From positions 1 to 64,000 of the forward strand of contig BDGG01000024.1 in the NCBI GenBank assembly GCA_001949185.1: a stretch of 64,000 bases of DNA, given 5' to 3'. The first letter of the stretch is position 1; the number at the start of each line of letters is the position of its first letter. This DNA is from Ramazzottius varieornatus. Taxonomy: Eukaryota > Animalia > Tardigrada. This document shows positions 62,030-64,000 of the stretch, in pieces. Below the pieces are notes generated by a model that saw only the letters and a program-made list of their open reading frames with translations, ran no database searches and was not told the origin of the DNA. Position numbers and translations under genes: made by a program.

Positions 62030-64000
62030 ATTTCGTCTAGCTGCCTCCAGCTCGAAACCAAATTTCGCACCGCATCGACAGCCCCAGCGCTTTCGACTGC
62101 GGAACGTATACTCACCCGACCCAAATGTGGGCATCGACAAACTGTGAACCAGGGAGCAAAAGCGGCGCTGCTCCAACCGATCCAATTGATTGGTCGATTT
62201 CAGCGGAGTGTGGCCCACACGCCCATATCTAGGCCAAGCGCGTCTACTGCGGGGGGAAGAGAGTATTGACAAGTCACACATCTCCAGAGGACAAATGGAA
62301 AGCCTGTGTATAGAAACGATGAAAGATGATGAGGCCAGGAGGTTCTCTATACCTATCTAGTGCGGAACAATCACGAGGAGATTCTTCAGACAAGTCTATA
62401 CGTAGTGGTAGTCAGTCATTTCCGGCTTTTTGGAGTGAGCGATCCTCTCAGGTATAAGTGAATATTGAGGCAATGGCTACCTGTTCATACATTTTCTCCA
62501 AATTGACCGAATCTCCCTGTAGAGTCCTTTTATTGTGGTCGATGATTTGCGTAGGCTAGGAACACCGGAACCGAATGTCTTTTGGGTTATGACCGTGTAC
62601 CCTTGATCGTCTATTAACCACGCGTCCACTTCAACCAACCTCTTTGCTTCACCGGGAAATTATTCTGCTAATGTTGAATTAAACGACACTGTATCTATTT
62701 CCGCATGACGCAGAAAACCATGCGGCTGTCACGGACATACAGCCGCATAAAAAGTGGATGGTGGGCAGGTTACACCGACGCTGAAAGAAGCATTTTGTTC
62801 AGACATGGGGGACAATGAACAGGGAGTGTGCACGCAGAGGTTCGGTTCCGGATCTGACGGATATAGACTGGTTTGGCCAGCTCTCGACGAAGAGTAAACC
62901 CATAATTGTTGAAAGGATATGTATTCAGCACACCACAAAATACAGTAACGTCGGGTTAATCATCCACTTTCAGAAAGAGCCGCGGACCTGAACGGCCTAT
63001 CTCACAGCTACCTCATCTATCCATACCAAAGCCAAGTACGCAGCTGGCTTCTGTAGCTATCTCATGTATATCTATTTGCACAGCACATCTCTTCTTCCAA
63101 TAACACAGATTATGAGCAAAAGATCATGAGTGGAATATGGCAGTGGTGAACTCGCACATGAAGAAAAGAAAACCTTATTTATGTGAATTTCTTTGAACTG
63201 GTGCCGGAATATATGTGCGTGCTTGAATTTTACACGTCTTTAGACGAATGGAATCTACAAATATCAAAACGTTCGGATGAAAGTTGTGACCAAACGGCGG
63301 ATAGATAACGGAGGCGAGAACTATGGTTGGGAGGAGGGTTAACGCGTTAGAATGACACGTATATTACCGCATGTGTCTGGAAAGGTTGGATGTTGGAGCT
63401 GAACACGTACGATGAGAAATGATGGGACAGGCCTTTTGGCTATGGCGGTCCGGAGGCAAGTACACACACTTTTGGACGCTACTCTACGCTTGATTTTCCG
63501 TTTTGCTGTCCTTTCCGCCTCTAACATAATTATTAGTTGTCCCATAATTTCTCCTCGTACGTGAGTCACTTGACCCGAGGTCGCGATGGGCGCATTGAGG
63601 AGGCTTTTTTACCCTTATTATCTCTGTTTTCCTAATGCTTTTCCCGCTGATAAACTGCTGATCGTTCCCGCGATTCACGTGTGGCGCCTTCTTTCTTCGT
63701 TTCGGTGAGTCTTGGCTGGCCTTGTAAAAAGCGATGCGAAATGGGTCCGATAATTGGACCCGTTCAAGAGCAGCACCAGCTGAAACAAAGCAGGATTACA
63801 GGTGAAAATAATGGCCAGAATTGTGCAAAACCCCTCAGCTCTAGAAGAAGCCCGACATTCCTACCGGGTGAACAGCATATCCCATAACGACGATAACCCT
63901 CAAGAATAAAGATAGCAGTGGATACTGGTTGTAGCGCGGGAAGAGGGCTGCAATGACGGGCGTAGACAGTGAGCAAAAAGCTGTTACCATGAAGGCCAAA

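Overview
Compact, intron-rich animal genomic DNA with three 50-N gaps. The ANP-receptor-like ectodomain gene, the divergent F-box and BTB genes and the very small introns suggest a tardigrade such as Ramazzottius; this is inference only. Region 1-20.8 kb is rearranged and rich in transposons. It holds hAT and MULE-like MITEs, a Harbinger-type element and an intact mariner inserted about 30 bp apart in one small gene's 5'UTR, and a mosaic of duplicated fragments of cadherin, SNX13, STRIP and FATP genes. Region 20.8-52 kb is a dense gene cluster: PEBP, a protamine-like basic protein, a double-chromodomain protein, FATP, STRIP, HEXIM directly next to CDK9, NDUFAF6, MRPS18B, a PNRC-like gene, RPL39 and PNKP. 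Region 52-64 kb holds a BTB pseudogene, a second (frameshifted) Harbinger element and an ANP-receptor-like gene with no cyclase domain. The most striking unexplained signal is about 31 copies of a palindrome, AAGTGGCGCAC-N25-GTGCGCCACTT. The spacer sequence varies, but its length is exactly 25 bp in 27 copies. The copies lie mostly in introns of conserved genes, often as arrays with a period of about 80 bp joined by a third motif. All coordinates and counts were read by eye.
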